From Bradyrhizobium sp. (GTDB lineage: Bacteria > Pseudomonadota > Alphaproteobacteria > Rhizobiales > Xanthobacteraceae): DNA of 64,000 bases. Below, piece after piece: positions 49,193-59,130 of this stretch; the first letter of the stretch is position 1; each line of letters opens with the position of its first letter. The stretch spans positions 2,528 through 66,527 of the forward strand of contig PNLC01000001.1 of the NCBI GenBank assembly GCA_013822885.1. The letters run 5' to 3'. The notes beneath the pieces are model-generated. The model had not been told where the DNA came from. It ran no database searches and saw nothing but the letters and a program-made list of their open reading frames with translations. The position numbers were made by a program, and so were the translations under genes.

Positions 49193-49594
49193 TCAGCTGA
49201 TGGTGATGCCCGGGCCGAGCTGCACCTGGACGCCGTTATCCAGCGTCGCCACCGCCCCGCCCTGAATGATGTGCACCGACGTGATCTTGCCGGTCGTATT
49301 CTCACCGTCCTCACTGGTAAATGTCGCGGTGCGGCCGATCAGGCCTTCCGCCTGCGACAGCGCGCTGGTCGACAGCAGCGTATCGAGCTTGGCGTTGGTC
49401 TGGATGGCCTGCTCGACCGAGGACAATTGCGCGAACTGGCTCATATATTGCGCCATGTCGGTCGGGCTGGTCGGGTCCTGATTGCGCATCTGCGCGATCA
49501 GCAGCTGCAGGAAATCGTTGTAACCCACCGTGGCCGACGGCGGCGACTTGCTATTCGTCGTGGACTGGGTGGAACTTACGCTGTCGACAACCAT
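49193..49594 (-). CDS. flgD: Hook capping protein FlgD
   Basis: FLQLLIAQMRNQDPTSP…SQFAQLSSVEQ. Confidence 0.93.
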   Translation of the reverse strand: MVVDSVSSTQSTTNSKSPPSATVGYNDFLQLLIAQMRNQDPTSPTDMAQYMSQFAQLSSVEQAIQTNAKLDTLLSTSALSQAEGLIGRTATFTSEDGENTTGKITSVHIIQGGAVATLDNGVQVQLGPGITIS

Positions 49595-49610
49595 CTCGTT
49601 CTCCCGGCTT

Positions 49611-50033
49611 TCAGGCAATTTTTGCAGGCGTCAGCAATTCCGAATTGCTGAGGATCGATTGCTCGATGTCGAACAGCGTTCGAAGCTTGCGTAAGGCGTC
49701 ATAATACCGCTTCGCCCCGACCAGCTCTTCGACCGCTTCCAGGCCGAGCAGCATTTCGGTGTTTTCGGCGACCGCCAGGAGAGCGCAACGCTGCTCGCGA
49801 TAGACGGCCGTGGCATCCTCGTTATCGTGCGGGCTCATCAGCATGAGTTGCACGACGAAATACAGCTGCCGCAGCGGCGTCGTTGCGTCCGCTACCTGCA
49901 TCACCTGGCCTTCGAGCAGGAACGCAACGTCGTTGATGAGTTCGAGCGTCACCTTTCGGTCGACCCTCAGCACCGCCCCGTTGACGTAGATTCGCTCGCC
50001 GCCCCGCAACGAAATGCACATCGGCTTCTTCAT
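49611..50033 (-). CDS. flbT: Flagellin translational regulator FlbT
   Basis: ERIYVNGAVL, ATTPLRQLYF. Confidence 0.93.
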   Translation of the reverse strand: MKKPMCISLRGGERIYVNGAVLRVDRKVTLELINDVAFLLEGQVMQVADATTPLRQLYFVVQLMLMSPHDNEDATAVYREQRCALLAVAENTEMLLGLEAVEELVGAKRYYDALRKLRTLFDIEQSILSNSELLTPAKIA

Positions 50034-50377
50034 GCCAGCGCATCTCGAATGACGATGTTGATGGCAACGAGTTCATCGACGTCGGTGGCCTGCTCCTGTC
50101 GGATGCGGTCCGCCTCCTTGATGATCCACAGGCCGATCGAGATCAGTTCTGCACGCAGCTGCTCGGGCAGGCCGTTCCGCGGGCTGGCGAGATCCTGGAC
50201 GAAGAACGCCCATAGCCGGCGGATGTAGAGCAGCGCCTCGGCGGCTTCGGGCGGCAGAAGATCGCCCCTCTGCAGGCGCTGCAGCAGATCGATACCGTGA
50301 TCCAGCGCCCGGTGCTCGCGTGCACGCGCCTCCCGGCCGCTATCCTCAATCACCGCTTCGTAACCGGATAATGTCAT
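50030..50377 (-). CDS. flaF: Flagellar regulator FlaF
   Basis: LW..F..DL.SPRN.LP.QLRA.LISIG.W. Confidence 0.92.
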   Translation of the reverse strand: MTLSGYEAVIEDSGREARAREHRALDHGIDLLQRLQRGDLLPPEAAEALLYIRRLWAFFVQDLASPRNGLPEQLRAELISIGLWIIKEADRIRQEQATDVDELVAINIVIRDALA

Positions 50378-50416
50378 TTCAGTCGACAACCGCATGCTTC
50401 ATGACGGAACCGCCCG

Positions 50417-51460
50417 TCAGAGATAGTTGAGAATGCTGAGTTTCTGGATGCGCGCGGTAAGCGCCAGGGACATATCCAGCTGGGTCTCGAGGTTCGTCAC
50501 CCGCACAGAGGCCTCCGCGGGATCGACCGTCTCCATGGCCGTTATCTGCTGCGTGATCAGATCGCTCTGAACCTGGAGCCGGCTGGTGGCGTCGGTGGTT
50601 TGCTGCTGCGCGGTTCCGAGCCTGGCGCCCACGCCCGCGAGATCGTTGATGGCATTGCCGATGCCGAGCAGCGCCGTGTCGATCACCGCCTGGAACGCGG
50701 CCTGGTTCAGGTTCGGCGTTCCGAGGTCGCTCAGCATCGTATAGGCCATGGCCAGCTTCCGGAATGCCGGCTCATTGGCGCTCACCGAGGTATTGACCGT
50801 CTGGGTCGTCGAAATGCGGCTGCGCATCACCTGGTCGGAAGCCGTCGACCAGTTCGCTCCCCAGGCTGGGTCGGCAAACTCGGTCTGAAGTGTCGTATCG
50901 AGGAAATTCTGCATGTCGGCAGCGGTGATGCCGGAGACCAACGGCGAATTCTGCGCGACCCCGAACGTCGCGAGGAACGCGGCATCGATGGCCGTCTTGC
51001 CGGGCGATCCCGCCGCATAGTCCGCAATCGGCGCCACGCCCGTATTGATGCCGCCGAACAGGTATTGGCCGTCCATGGTGACGTTGAGCGTTGCGATCAG
51101 GCTCTGGAGGTTGGCGCCCGCCGGCTGCGCGATGATGCCGCCGCCGTTGGCGGAGTTGCGTGCGGCAAGCAGATCCTTCTGAAAGGATTCCGCCGTTTCG
51201 ATCAGCACGCTCACGCGCTGCTGCGCCACATCCATGTGACCGCCAACCAAAGCGTTGGTATCGACAAGCTTTTCGATGTCGACCAGTTCGGCCCGCAGCA
51301 CCACATCGCGGCCGGCGAGCGCGCCGAGGCTCTTGCCGGGATCGGCCAGGCGCCCCGTGGTCGCCTCCTTGGTCGCCTCGGCAAGCGCCGCACGACTTTT
51401 CATGGACGAGATGCGCAGGGTCGTGGAGATCGCGTTCGTGGCAATAAAGGTCGTACTCAT
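50417..51460 (-). CDS. flgL: Hook-associated protein FlgL
   Basis: EATTGRLAD, YLFGGINT, LSILNYL. Confidence 0.92.
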   Translation of the reverse strand: MSTTFIATNAISTTLRISSMKSRAALAEATKEATTGRLADPGKSLGALAGRDVVLRAELVDIEKLVDTNALVGGHMDVAQQRVSVLIETAESFQKDLLAARNSANGGGIIAQPAGANLQSLIATLNVTMDGQYLFGGINTGVAPIADYAAGSPGKTAIDAAFLATFGVAQNSPLVSGITAADMQNFLDTTLQTEFADPAWGANWSTASDQVMRSRISTTQTVNTSVSANEPAFRKLAMAYTMLSDLGTPNLNQAAFQAVIDTALLGIGNAINDLAGVGARLGTAQQQTTDATSRLQVQSDLITQQITAMETVDPAEASVRVTNLETQLDMSLALTARIQKLSILNYL

Positions 51461-51464
51461 GGCA

Positions 51465-52937
51465 TCACCTCACAGCCGCAAGAAGTTGTCTCAGCATCTC
51501 GTCTACCGTCGCGATCAGCTTCGACGTGGCGGAGAATGTGCGCTCGACCTGCAGCATGAACGACATTTCATCGTCCATGTTGACGCCGTTGACGTTCGAG
51601 AGCGCCTCCGCGCTGCGCTCCAGCAGCGTCTGGCTATAGGTCGATTCATCGCCAGCGCTCTTGCGCTGCGATTCCAGCCAGCTGACCGACGATCCGGCAA
51701 AGTCGATCAGGGTTGCGTTCGGCTTCGCCAGCGCCGACGGATCGAACGGGCGGTTTTGCGCGATTCCGTCGACCAGTTGCTGGACACGCTCGAAGAAGCC
51801 GGCTTCGCCACCGGTATTGTAGACATAGGCCGCGTTGCCGGAAATGCCGCCGTCCCTGAGCAGGTTCGGATTGCCGCCGACGCCTTGATCGACGGAGGCC
51901 GCGACGCTGATCGTGCCGGCGAGGCCGGCGGAGATCGCACCCGACGCAGGTATTGCCGGCCCGCCCGGGTAGGTAAAAAGGCCAGCGACGTCGGGCAGCG
52001 CCGCCGCCGTCTGGTCGCTCTCCGCGAAGACTTCGATCAATCCGCGCGCGATCTCGTCAAGCTGGCTCTGGTAAGAGACCGAAGCATCGTCCCGCAGCGC
52101 GGCAAGGCCGCCGAGCTTTCCGCCGTGGATCGGCATCACAGCTCCGGCGCCCGTGACGGGCACGCCATCGATATAGACTGAGTTCCCGGCGATGCCTGCA
52201 TTGAAAGCATAGGTCGGATCAAAGGTGACCGACCGCGCGTTGGTCTCGAACAGCGTGACACCGGAGTCGGTGTAGATCACCATATCGTTGTTGGCGCGCG
52301 TGGCCACGGTGACGCCGACTTCCTGCGAGAGTCGCGACAGGATGCTGTCCCGCAGATCGAGATGGTCGGTGGTGTCGGCTCCCGTGATCGTCCCCTTGAC
52401 GATCGCGGTATTGACCGTCTCGAATTGCGCCAGGAGCTGGTTGATGGCCGTCACCGATGTGGCCATGTCGGCGTCGGCGTCCGCCCGCACGGACTGAACC
52501 GTTTTGGTCGCATCGTTGAGCGACGACGCGACGCCCTTTGCCGCGTTCACCGCCGCTTGCGCGAGCGTGATGTTATCCGGCGCCGAAGCATACTGCTGCA
52601 GCGCGCTTTTCAGCTTGGCGATCTGGGCGGCAGGCGACTGATCGAGCTCCGGATCGTCGATCGTGGCGGCTGCGATCTTCTGCAGTCCATTGTAGATCGT
52701 GTCCTGCTTGGCAGACGTCGAAGCCGCCTTCAGGACGTTGTAGAACAGCCCCGTGCTGGTTGCCCGCTGAATGCCTGCAACGTAGACGCCGTTGCCCGGC
52801 ATCGTCGTCACCAGCACGTTCTTGCGCGAATAGCCGTCCTGGGTGGCGCCGGCGATATTGCGCGATACGGCCGATGCCTGCGTGCCGGCCGCCATCAGCG
52901 ACGACCGGGCGGCATTGAGCGCGAGCGTGAGTGTCAT
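51465..52937 (-). CDS. flgK: Hook-associated protein FlgK
   Basis: SRNIAGA…YSRK, GVNMDDEM. Confidence 0.93.
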   Translation of the reverse strand: MTLTLALNAARSSLMAAGTQASAVSRNIAGATQDGYSRKNVLVTTMPGNGVYVAGIQRATSTGLFYNVLKAASTSAKQDTIYNGLQKIAAATIDDPELDQSPAAQIAKLKSALQQYASAPDNITLAQAAVNAAKGVASSLNDATKTVQSVRADADADMATSVTAINQLLAQFETVNTAIVKGTITGADTTDHLDLRDSILSRLSQEVGVTVATRANNDMVIYTDSGVTLFETNARSVTFDPTYAFNAGIAGNSVYIDGVPVTGAGAVMPIHGGKLGGLAALRDDASVSYQSQLDEIARGLIEVFAESDQTAAALPDVAGLFTYPGGPAIPASGAISAGLAGTISVAASVDQGVGGNPNLLRDGGISGNAAYVYNTGGEAGFFERVQQLVDGIAQNRPFDPSALAKPNATLIDFAGSSVSWLESQRKSAGDESTYSQTLLERSAEALSNVNGVNMDDEMSFMLQVERTFSATSKLIATVDEMLRQLLAAVR

Positions 52938-52969
52938 GAATGTTTCCGGTCAGTGCCCCATGGTCCCGC

Positions 52970-54208
52970 TTAGCGCTTCAAGTTGACGAGAACATCGAGC
53001 AGGTCCGCGCCGGTCTGGAACACCTTGGAATTGGCGGTATAGCCACGCTGCGACTCGATCATCGAGGTCAGCTCGCTCGCGAGATCGACGTTGGATTGCT
53101 CGAGCGCTTCCGGCTTGATGGTGCCGAAACCACTCTGCCCCGCGAAGCCGACCTGTATGTTTCCGGAGTCGAGCCCCACCGAATAGACGTTGCCCACTTC
53201 CGGAGAGAGATTGTCCGGGCTCGGCACCGTCGCCAGCGGGATGCGATACCTCGCAAGCCGCGTTCCGTCGGTGTAGATCGCATACATGGTACCGTCGGTG
53301 TCGACTTCTACCTTCTCGATGGCGCTCGGCGCGTTGCCGTCGACTGTCGGCCTGGTAAACTGGAAATCAGCAGCGACCTGCGTCATGTTCGCAAGATCGA
53401 GCGTGAATGCCGAGCCGCCGGGAATCGTGAACGTAAGCGAGGTCGGACTGGCGGCATCCAGCCTGCCCTTTCCGGTCGCGCTGACGTCGAAGGTGAACGT
53501 ATCGGCATCCAGGGCCGGGGTCGCATAGGGGAAGCCGCCGGCCGTCGAGTCGGCGCCGTTGTAGACGCGCACATCCCAGGTATTGGCTGCCGTCTTGGAC
53601 ATGTAGATGTCGAGCGTCACTTTATTGCCGATATTGTCGTAGGTCACCAGCGACGTCTTGGACGTATAGGCGGGGACGCCGGCGGTAATGGCCGCGTTGG
53701 CATCGAGATTGACGCTTGCCGTGGCCTGCGTCGACGGATTTCCCTCCAGCGCGGTCTGCCCGATATTGACCACCTCGAGGCCCGCAATGCCATTCGCGAC
53801 AGCAGCGGGCGGGCCGTTTTCGAGGTTGTAGCCCATCAGATAGAAGCCGGCCGCGTTGACCAGATTGCCCATGCCGTCAGGTACAAAGGACCCGGCCCGC
53901 GTCATGAAGGCCGCCCCTCGGGCGTCCGTCACCGCGAAGAAGCCGTTACCCTGAATTGCAAGATCGGTCGCCGACGTCGTGTACTGAAGCGTTCCGGGAT
54001 CGGAAATCGCGTAGCGTACATGCGTTTCCACGCTGCCGGAGTTGTAGCTGCCGGTCCCGCTCCGCAGAATGAGAGATGAGAATTCGGTCGACGCGCGCTT
54101 GTAACCGGTCGTGTTGACGTTGGCGATATTGTCGGCCACGGTCGACAGCTTGTTCGACTGCGCGGTCATGCCTGAGCCGCCGGTGCGCATGACGCCATAG
54201 AGACTCAT
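52970..54208 (-). CDS. flgE: Flagellar hook protein FlgE
   Basis: ADNIANVNTTGYK, TRAGSF, LEQSNVDLASELT; GGAGG RBS. Confidence 0.95.
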   Translation of the reverse strand: MSLYGVMRTGGSGMTAQSNKLSTVADNIANVNTTGYKRASTEFSSLILRSGTGSYNSGSVETHVRYAISDPGTLQYTTSATDLAIQGNGFFAVTDARGAAFMTRAGSFVPDGMGNLVNAAGFYLMGYNLENGPPAAVANGIAGLEVVNIGQTALEGNPSTQATASVNLDANAAITAGVPAYTSKTSLVTYDNIGNKVTLDIYMSKTAANTWDVRVYNGADSTAGGFPYATPALDADTFTFDVSATGKGRLDAASPTSLTFTIPGGSAFTLDLANMTQVAADFQFTRPTVDGNAPSAIEKVEVDTDGTMYAIYTDGTRLARYRIPLATVPSPDNLSPEVGNVYSVGLDSGNIQVGFAGQSGFGTIKPEALEQSNVDLASELTSMIESQRGYTANSKVFQTGADLLDVLVNLKR

Positions 54209-54251
54209 CGACATCCTCCATTCTGAGTGATCGCCATTAGAGGCCAATTTC

Positions 54252-54261
54252 CTTGCGCGAG
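54252..54261 (-). promoter_or_regulatory. Flagellar promoter motif upstream of flgE
   Basis: cTCGCGCAAG-N12-TAATGG on the minus strand. Confidence 0.6.
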
Positions 54262-54282
54262 GCTGACTGCTATCGCGTCGGC

Positions 54283-54896
54283 TCAGTTAGAAGCGGTTTG
54301 CTCGTTGCAGAATGCGCGCGCGCCGATTGTCCAGGATCCGAATCCGCTGGCAACGAGGCTGCCGATCACGCTGCAGATGTAGCGCCGCTGCCCGATCGTG
54401 TTGGCCGGGCCTGCATTGTAGCGTGCGACCGCCATGGTCCACAGTTGCCCTCGCGTGTGCGCAATTCCTTGAGAAAGCGCGCGGCGTAGTCGACATTCCT
54501 GGCCGGATCGAACATCGCCTCGACGCCGGAAAACCTGTCGCCGTGATAGCGATGATTGATCTGCATGCAACCAAGGTCCACCAGCTTGGCACCCTTGCTT
54601 TTGGCCTCCGCAAACCGGGCCACGGCATTGCCGAGATCCGCGGCCAGCACCGTCTTTCCATCGACGTTGAGCGCATAGGGGTTCAGGACGCCCTTGCGCC
54701 CGGTCTCGCTGAGGCCGACGGCATACAGCACGCCGAGCGGAACGCCGTGCCTGCGTGCGGCAAGCGCCATCTCTCGCTCGCAAGGCCCGTTCGCACGCGC
54801 AGCCGTCGTCACGCTACAGATAAACAGCACCACCAGTCCTGTTGGGCACAACTTCCTGCCGTTGATTCCGCTCCGCCGGTTCCGTGAACTGCTCAT
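54283..54896 (-). pseudogene. Flagellar lytic transglycosylase (SltF-like), frameshifted
   Basis: SETG, DLGCMQIN, NVDYAARFL in one frame; WTMAVARYNAG continues in another; extra TG dinucleotide at ~54442. Confidence 0.8.
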
Positions 54897-56022
54897 GTTG
54901 CCGCCTGTTCTGTCGCGATCCAGCCTGCGCATCACCGGACTGCCGCTCCGAAGCCGCATTGTCGATCTGCGATCCGCTCTGCATCTGCTGCGATTGCCGC
55001 TGCTCCGGCTGCGCCTGCTGCTGGCCGGCACCCGGATTCGCATCGCGTGCACGGCTGTGATCGATCGAGGCGATGTCGAACGCGTAACCGGCAGACTGCA
55101 TGACGTCGGTCAGCGTTCCACGCTCCTGCTGAAGCATCTGCGTGGTCTCATATCGATCCGCCGTAAGACGCACTTCGACGGCATCGCCAATCAGCCGCAT
55201 CTTCACGATCACGGCGCCGAGATCGGGCGGATCGAGCTGAAGCGTTAACATCCTCACCGGCTTGTCTGCCAGCCGGGGCATCGGCAATGCCGCCTCGGAG
55301 GAACTGGGCGCCGCTTGCGGCGCTGCTGCGGGCAAGTCCGTCGCCATCCGGTCGACGATTTTCTGCAGCAAGGTCACTTGCTGAACAGGTTCGAAATGCG
55401 TCTCCTGTTCGCGCACGACGACCTTTACAGGCGGCAACGTCCGCGTCTCGGCCGCGTTGACGGACACCGCGAAGCGTTGCCCGTGCGGCTCATCCGCTTT
55501 CGCAACTTCCATTGCATCGCCGGTGCTCAGTGCGCGGTCGTCACTCAACGGCATCGCTGGCCGTTCGGGATGGCTTTCAGCGCGCGCAATGCGCGGCATC
55601 GGAGCGTCCTCGCGTACGGAGGACGGTCGGGCCTGGTCGAGCCGCGATATCACGGCGCTGAGAGCCGCTTCCGGAGCGCGCCATTCCGGCGGCATCGGCG
55701 TAGGCTCTGCCGCAGCTTGCGGCAGCGGCATCTCGGTCTGCGGATTGACGCGTTCTCTCGGTCGGGTCGTCACCTCTTCGATGATTTCCGCAATCTGGTC
55801 CGGGACCTCAAGGCTTTGCGTAACATCCGTCTCGGCGCGCCTGGTTTCGACCTTTGGCGCCGGCTTAGTGCCCTGGGCGATCGATCGCAACTGTTCGCGA
55901 AAATGTTCGGCCTTGTCCTTGCCGTCTTTCGCGGCCGTCGCGGGGTGAGAGCCGAGACGCGACGACGCTTTTCCGACCGCAAGCTGGCGAAACGCGGCAA
56001 TCAAGGGATCGGCCTTGTTCAT
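54814..56022 (-). CDS. fliK: Hook-length control protein FliK
   Basis: Low-complexity N-terminus; LTLQLDPPDLGAV.V.MRL C-domain. Confidence 0.87.
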   Translation of the reverse strand: MNKADPLIAAFRQLAVGKASSRLGSHPATAAKDGKDKAEHFREQLRSIAQGTKPAPKVETRRAETDVTQSLEVPDQIAEIIEEVTTRPRERVNPQTEMPLPQAAAEPTPMPPEWRAPEAALSAVISRLDQARPSSVREDAPMPRIARAESHPERPAMPLSDDRALSTGDAMEVAKADEPHGQRFAVSVNAAETRTLPPVKVVVREQETHFEPVQQVTLLQKIVDRMATDLPAAAPQAAPSSSEAALPMPRLADKPVRMLTLQLDPPDLGAVIVKMRLIGDAVEVRLTADRYETTQMLQQERGTLTDVMQSAGYAFDIASIDHSRARDANPGAGQQQAQPEQRQSQQMQSGSQIDNAASERQSGDAQAGSRQNRRQHEQFTEPAERNQRQEVVPNRTGGAVYL

Positions 56023-57206
56023 CGATTTCGTTCCTTTAGCTGCGCTTCCGATTCATCGAGAAGCTTTTGTGCGCGATCGAGCGCTCCGAGCGAGCCGCTG
56101 AAGTCGATCCGCGGTCGCATGGCTGTTTGTTCCGCCTTCGTCCCGTCGAGTGGCGTCGATGCCGCGGGCAGTGGCATTCGTACGCCGCGGCCAAGCTGGA
56201 GCGCCGCGACCAGAAGCTCGGCGTCCTGCTCGGGAAGCCGGCTCGCGTCGATCTGCTGCAAATCCAGCAGGGCTTCTTCGTGGGCTTCCGTGACTACGCG
56301 CGCGGCTGCACGATAAAGCCGCGCCCGCGTGCGTTCGGGGCTTCCCACTTCCGTCATCGTCACGATGCGCTCGGCTGCAAGGTCCGTCATTCCGGTCTTG
56401 CCCCGGACCAGCGCCGTGCGCGCGATCAGCAGATAGAGGGCGCGCTGACTGGCGCGGTCGAGATGATCCAGCACAGCGACAAGGCGCGGGAAGCGGTCGG
56501 TCTGCTGGACGAAGCTGAAGCGCGCGACCGACAGTGCAAAACGCTGACGAAAATTCCCGGCGTAGATCGAGTGCCGATAGCGACGAAAGTACTGCACCGC
56601 CAGGGACTCGAACTTGTCGAAGTCGTCGACCTGCCCGGCGAGAAAAATCTCCCGGCGCAGCGCGGCCTCCTCGACCAGCGTGCCCGGCATCAATAGCCGC
56701 ACCTCATCAAGGCGTTCGATCGTGGCCTTCAGATCGTTTTGGGCAAGGAGCGCCGACTGCACCAATGCGATCTCGGCGCCGAGCGTTGCCGGGAGCGTGC
56801 GCGTATTTACACTGCCAAGCCGGGACCTTGCCTCGTCCGGGCGGCCTTCGACATAGGCGATCGCGCCCTCGAGAAGAGCGTCGTCGATGTTCAGCAGTTT
56901 GCGGGAGCGGAGTTCTCCGACAACTAGGGGATCCCCGCCGCTCAGCAGGAACGTCAGTGCGGCGCGCGAGTTTCGCGGATCCTTCCACACGCCTGGATCG
57001 GCCTCCTGGAACCTCTCGGCAAGGCGCTTCAGCGTGGCGGGTTGCGCATTGTGCGCGTCCAGGTTCCCGCGGGCGATCTCGTCCTGCATGGCCTGCAGCG
57101 CGCGGACAAGTTGATAGGGCTCGCGCACGGGCGCCGCGGTCTCCTCGGCCTGCGCAGGGCCTGCGAGCACAAGCAAAGCAGCTGCGATGATCGGCGCATA
57201 GGTCAT
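56019..57206 (-). CDS. motC: Periplasmic motility protein MotC
   Basis: Signal peptide, PYQLVRALQ.MQD, LSGG.P, PGTLVEEAALRR. Confidence 0.88.
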   Translation of the reverse strand: MTYAPIIAAALLVLAGPAQAEETAAPVREPYQLVRALQAMQDEIARGNLDAHNAQPATLKRLAERFQEADPGVWKDPRNSRAALTFLLSGGDPLVVGELRSRKLLNIDDALLEGAIAYVEGRPDEARSRLGSVNTRTLPATLGAEIALVQSALLAQNDLKATIERLDEVRLLMPGTLVEEAALRREIFLAGQVDDFDKFESLAVQYFRRYRHSIYAGNFRQRFALSVARFSFVQQTDRFPRLVAVLDHLDRASQRALYLLIARTALVRGKTGMTDLAAERIVTMTEVGSPERTRARLYRAAARVVTEAHEEALLDLQQIDASRLPEQDAELLVAALQLGRGVRMPLPAASTPLDGTKAEQTAMRPRIDFSGSLGALDRAQKLLDESEAQLKERNR

Positions 57207-57565
57207 GGCGTCGGCGCGCGGATCACGAGCTCGATCCGGCGATTCGGTGCCGCCAGCGGGTCGCCCGGATCTTTCGGACGGCGATCGGCATACCCCTCGA
57301 TTCGATCGATGCGCCGCGCGTCCAGCCCGCCGCGGATCAGCATGTGATAGGCCATGTGCGCCCGGTCGGTCGACAGTCGCCAATTGTCATAGCCGGGCGA
57401 GCGGTACGCGCGGCTATCGGTATGTCCCCGCACGATCACCTGCCCGCGATGCTGCGAAATCAGCGGCGTGATCTTGTCGAGCGCACGAACGAGACCCGCG
57501 GTCGGTTCGGCCGAGCCGTTGGCAAACATCCCGTAGTTCACATCATCCGTGAGGTTGATCAGGAG
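57203..57565 (-). pseudogene. motB: 3' remnant of the stator gene motB (OmpA-like domain only)
   Basis: LLINLTDD..YGMF, RGHTD, DNWRLSTDRA, NRRIE; TM helix with the catalytic Asp is absent. Confidence 0.85.
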
Positions 57566-57702
57566 AGCTGCCGACGCCATCTTCGTCCGAGCCCAGCAGC
57601 GATCCATCGCTGTCGAGCACAGTCACCTTGTCAGGCGTCATTCCGGGGACGGCTGCGGCGACGAGATGGCGAACCGAACGCGCGGTATTCACGATTGACC
57701 AT
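57566..57702 (-). pseudogene. fliF: Remnant of the MS-ring gene fliF (start codon plus an internal ~40-codon piece)
   Basis: GAGGG-N4-ATG (MVNRE), then out of frame TARSVRHLVAAAVPGMTPDKVTVLDSDGSLL, a FliF/YscJ ring-building signature. Confidence 0.8.
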
Positions 57703-57744
57703 AACACCCTCTGCCCGCGTTCGAGTCCATTCTCGATTGCGAAG

Positions 57745-57754
57745 CTTGCCCGAG
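57745..57754 (-). promoter_or_regulatory. Flagellar promoter motif upstream of the fliF remnant
   Basis: cTCGGGCAAG-N12-GAATGG on the minus strand. Confidence 0.6.
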
Positions 57755-57778
57755 GGTTGCGCTGTTCACATGCCCATA

Positions 57779-57807
57779 GCGGCCGCGACCTTTTCGGTCA
57801 CGGCCGC
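57779..57807 (-). terminator. Hairpin downstream of flagellin
   Basis: GCGGCCGtGACC-gaaaa-GGTCgCGGCCGC (12-bp stem with one G-U pair). Confidence 0.7.
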
Positions 57808-57832
57808 CGTGATCATGGAACGGCGTGTGTTA

Positions 57833-59086
57833 TTAGCCGCGGAACAGCGACAGGATGCTCTGGCTGCCGGAGTTGGCAATCGAGAGCGCCTGAATGCCGA
57901 GCTGCTGCTGCACTTGAAGTGCCTGCAGGCGGGTCGATTCAGCATTCATGTCCGCGTCGACGAGCTGGCCGATACCGCGATCGAGCGAGTCGGTCAGGGT
58001 CTTGACGAAGTCCTGCTGCAGGCCGATGCGGTTCTTGATCGCGCCGAGGTTGGTCGCCGAGTCCGTGATCTTGGCGAACGCATCCTCAACACCCTGGATG
58101 TAGGTCTCGAGCTTCGCCAGATCGGAAGCGTTGTCGGTGATCTTCGAGATGTCCAGCTTCGCGACGCTGACCGTTTCCCAGGCCGCCCCGGTAAAGGCGT
58201 CGAAGGTCTGGTCGAGGACGCCCTTCTTGCTGTCGACGGGCGCAGCGAGCGCGGTCAGGGTGACCGCACCGCCCAGACCGGCGACGGCGGCGTTGATGAC
58301 GATATCGGCGTCGTTGCGGCTCTTGAACGACAGCATGGTGCCGGCGGTGTTGACGCCGACCGACAGACCCTCAATGTTGAGCTTGTTGATCTGCGTGGCG
58401 ATATCCGACAGGGAGGTTTTCGCGGCCACGGCGATGTTGATGGCCGGAGCCGTACCGACCGTTACCGTGATGTTGCCGCCGACGTCGGTCGCGACAGCGT
58501 AGGCCGCGGTGCTGGCGGTCGGAAAGGCCTGCGCATTGTAGGCGGTATCCAGGTTCGCGTCGTAGAGCTTGATCGCGTCCAGGTTGACCGAGAGCGTATC
58601 GATCTTGACCGAGCCGCCGACGCGGGAGAACGACGACACGACCGACTTCGTGGCGTTGTAGCTCGCGGAAGTCGAGTCGACCGAGATCCAGTTTTCGCCG
58701 TTGAACACCGCGCTGTCGGCCGTGTTCTTCAACTGCTTCTGCAGTTCGGTGATTTCGCTCTGGATCTTGGCGCGATCGACGCCGGGCGTACGGGCGGCAA
58801 CCAGCTTCGCCTTGATCTGCGAGACGACGCTGACGGTGCCGTTGAGGCCGGTATACATCGTGTCGATGGTCGCGGCGCCGAGGCCGAGGGCGTCCTGCAC
58901 GGCGCTCAGAGCCTGAACGTCCGAACGCATCGTGGTGGCGATCGACCAGTAAGCGGCGTTGTCCGAAGCCGTCGACACCCGGTAGCCGGTGGAGATGCGG
59001 TTCTGGGTGGTAGCAAGACCCGCGTTGACCGAGCGCAGGGTCTGCAGCGCGGTCATGGCGGCATTGTTGGTCATCAAGCTAGACAT
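57833..59086 (-). CDS. lafA: Lateral flagellin (417 aa), single copy here
   Basis: QNRISTGYRVSTASDNAAYWSIATTMRSD; LVDADMNAESTRLQALQVQQQLGIQALSIAN. Confidence 0.95.
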   Translation of the reverse strand: MSSLMTNNAAMTALQTLRSVNAGLATTQNRISTGYRVSTASDNAAYWSIATTMRSDVQALSAVQDALGLGAATIDTMYTGLNGTVSVVSQIKAKLVAARTPGVDRAKIQSEITELQKQLKNTADSAVFNGENWISVDSTSASYNATKSVVSSFSRVGGSVKIDTLSVNLDAIKLYDANLDTAYNAQAFPTASTAAYAVATDVGGNITVTVGTAPAINIAVAAKTSLSDIATQINKLNIEGLSVGVNTAGTMLSFKSRNDADIVINAAVAGLGGAVTLTALAAPVDSKKGVLDQTFDAFTGAAWETVSVAKLDISKITDNASDLAKLETYIQGVEDAFAKITDSATNLGAIKNRIGLQQDFVKTLTDSLDRGIGQLVDADMNAESTRLQALQVQQQLGIQALSIANSGSQSILSLFRG

Positions 59087-59087
59087 C

Positions 59088-59130
59088 GTATGTCCCTTTA
59101 ATTTGATTTGATTTGTTCAGGGGGACATAC
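59088..59130 (-). promoter_or_regulatory. Anti-Shine-Dalgarno hairpin in the flagellin 5' UTR
   Basis: mRNA GUAUGUCCC (59130-59122) is complementary to GGGACAUAC (59096-59088), which overlaps the RBS next to the ATG. Confidence 0.6.

Noticed and set aside
57203-57607. Intact 134-aa OmpA-domain gene as listed in the ORF track
   Set aside because: Its first codons derive from out-of-frame fliF sequence; it is a motB remnant
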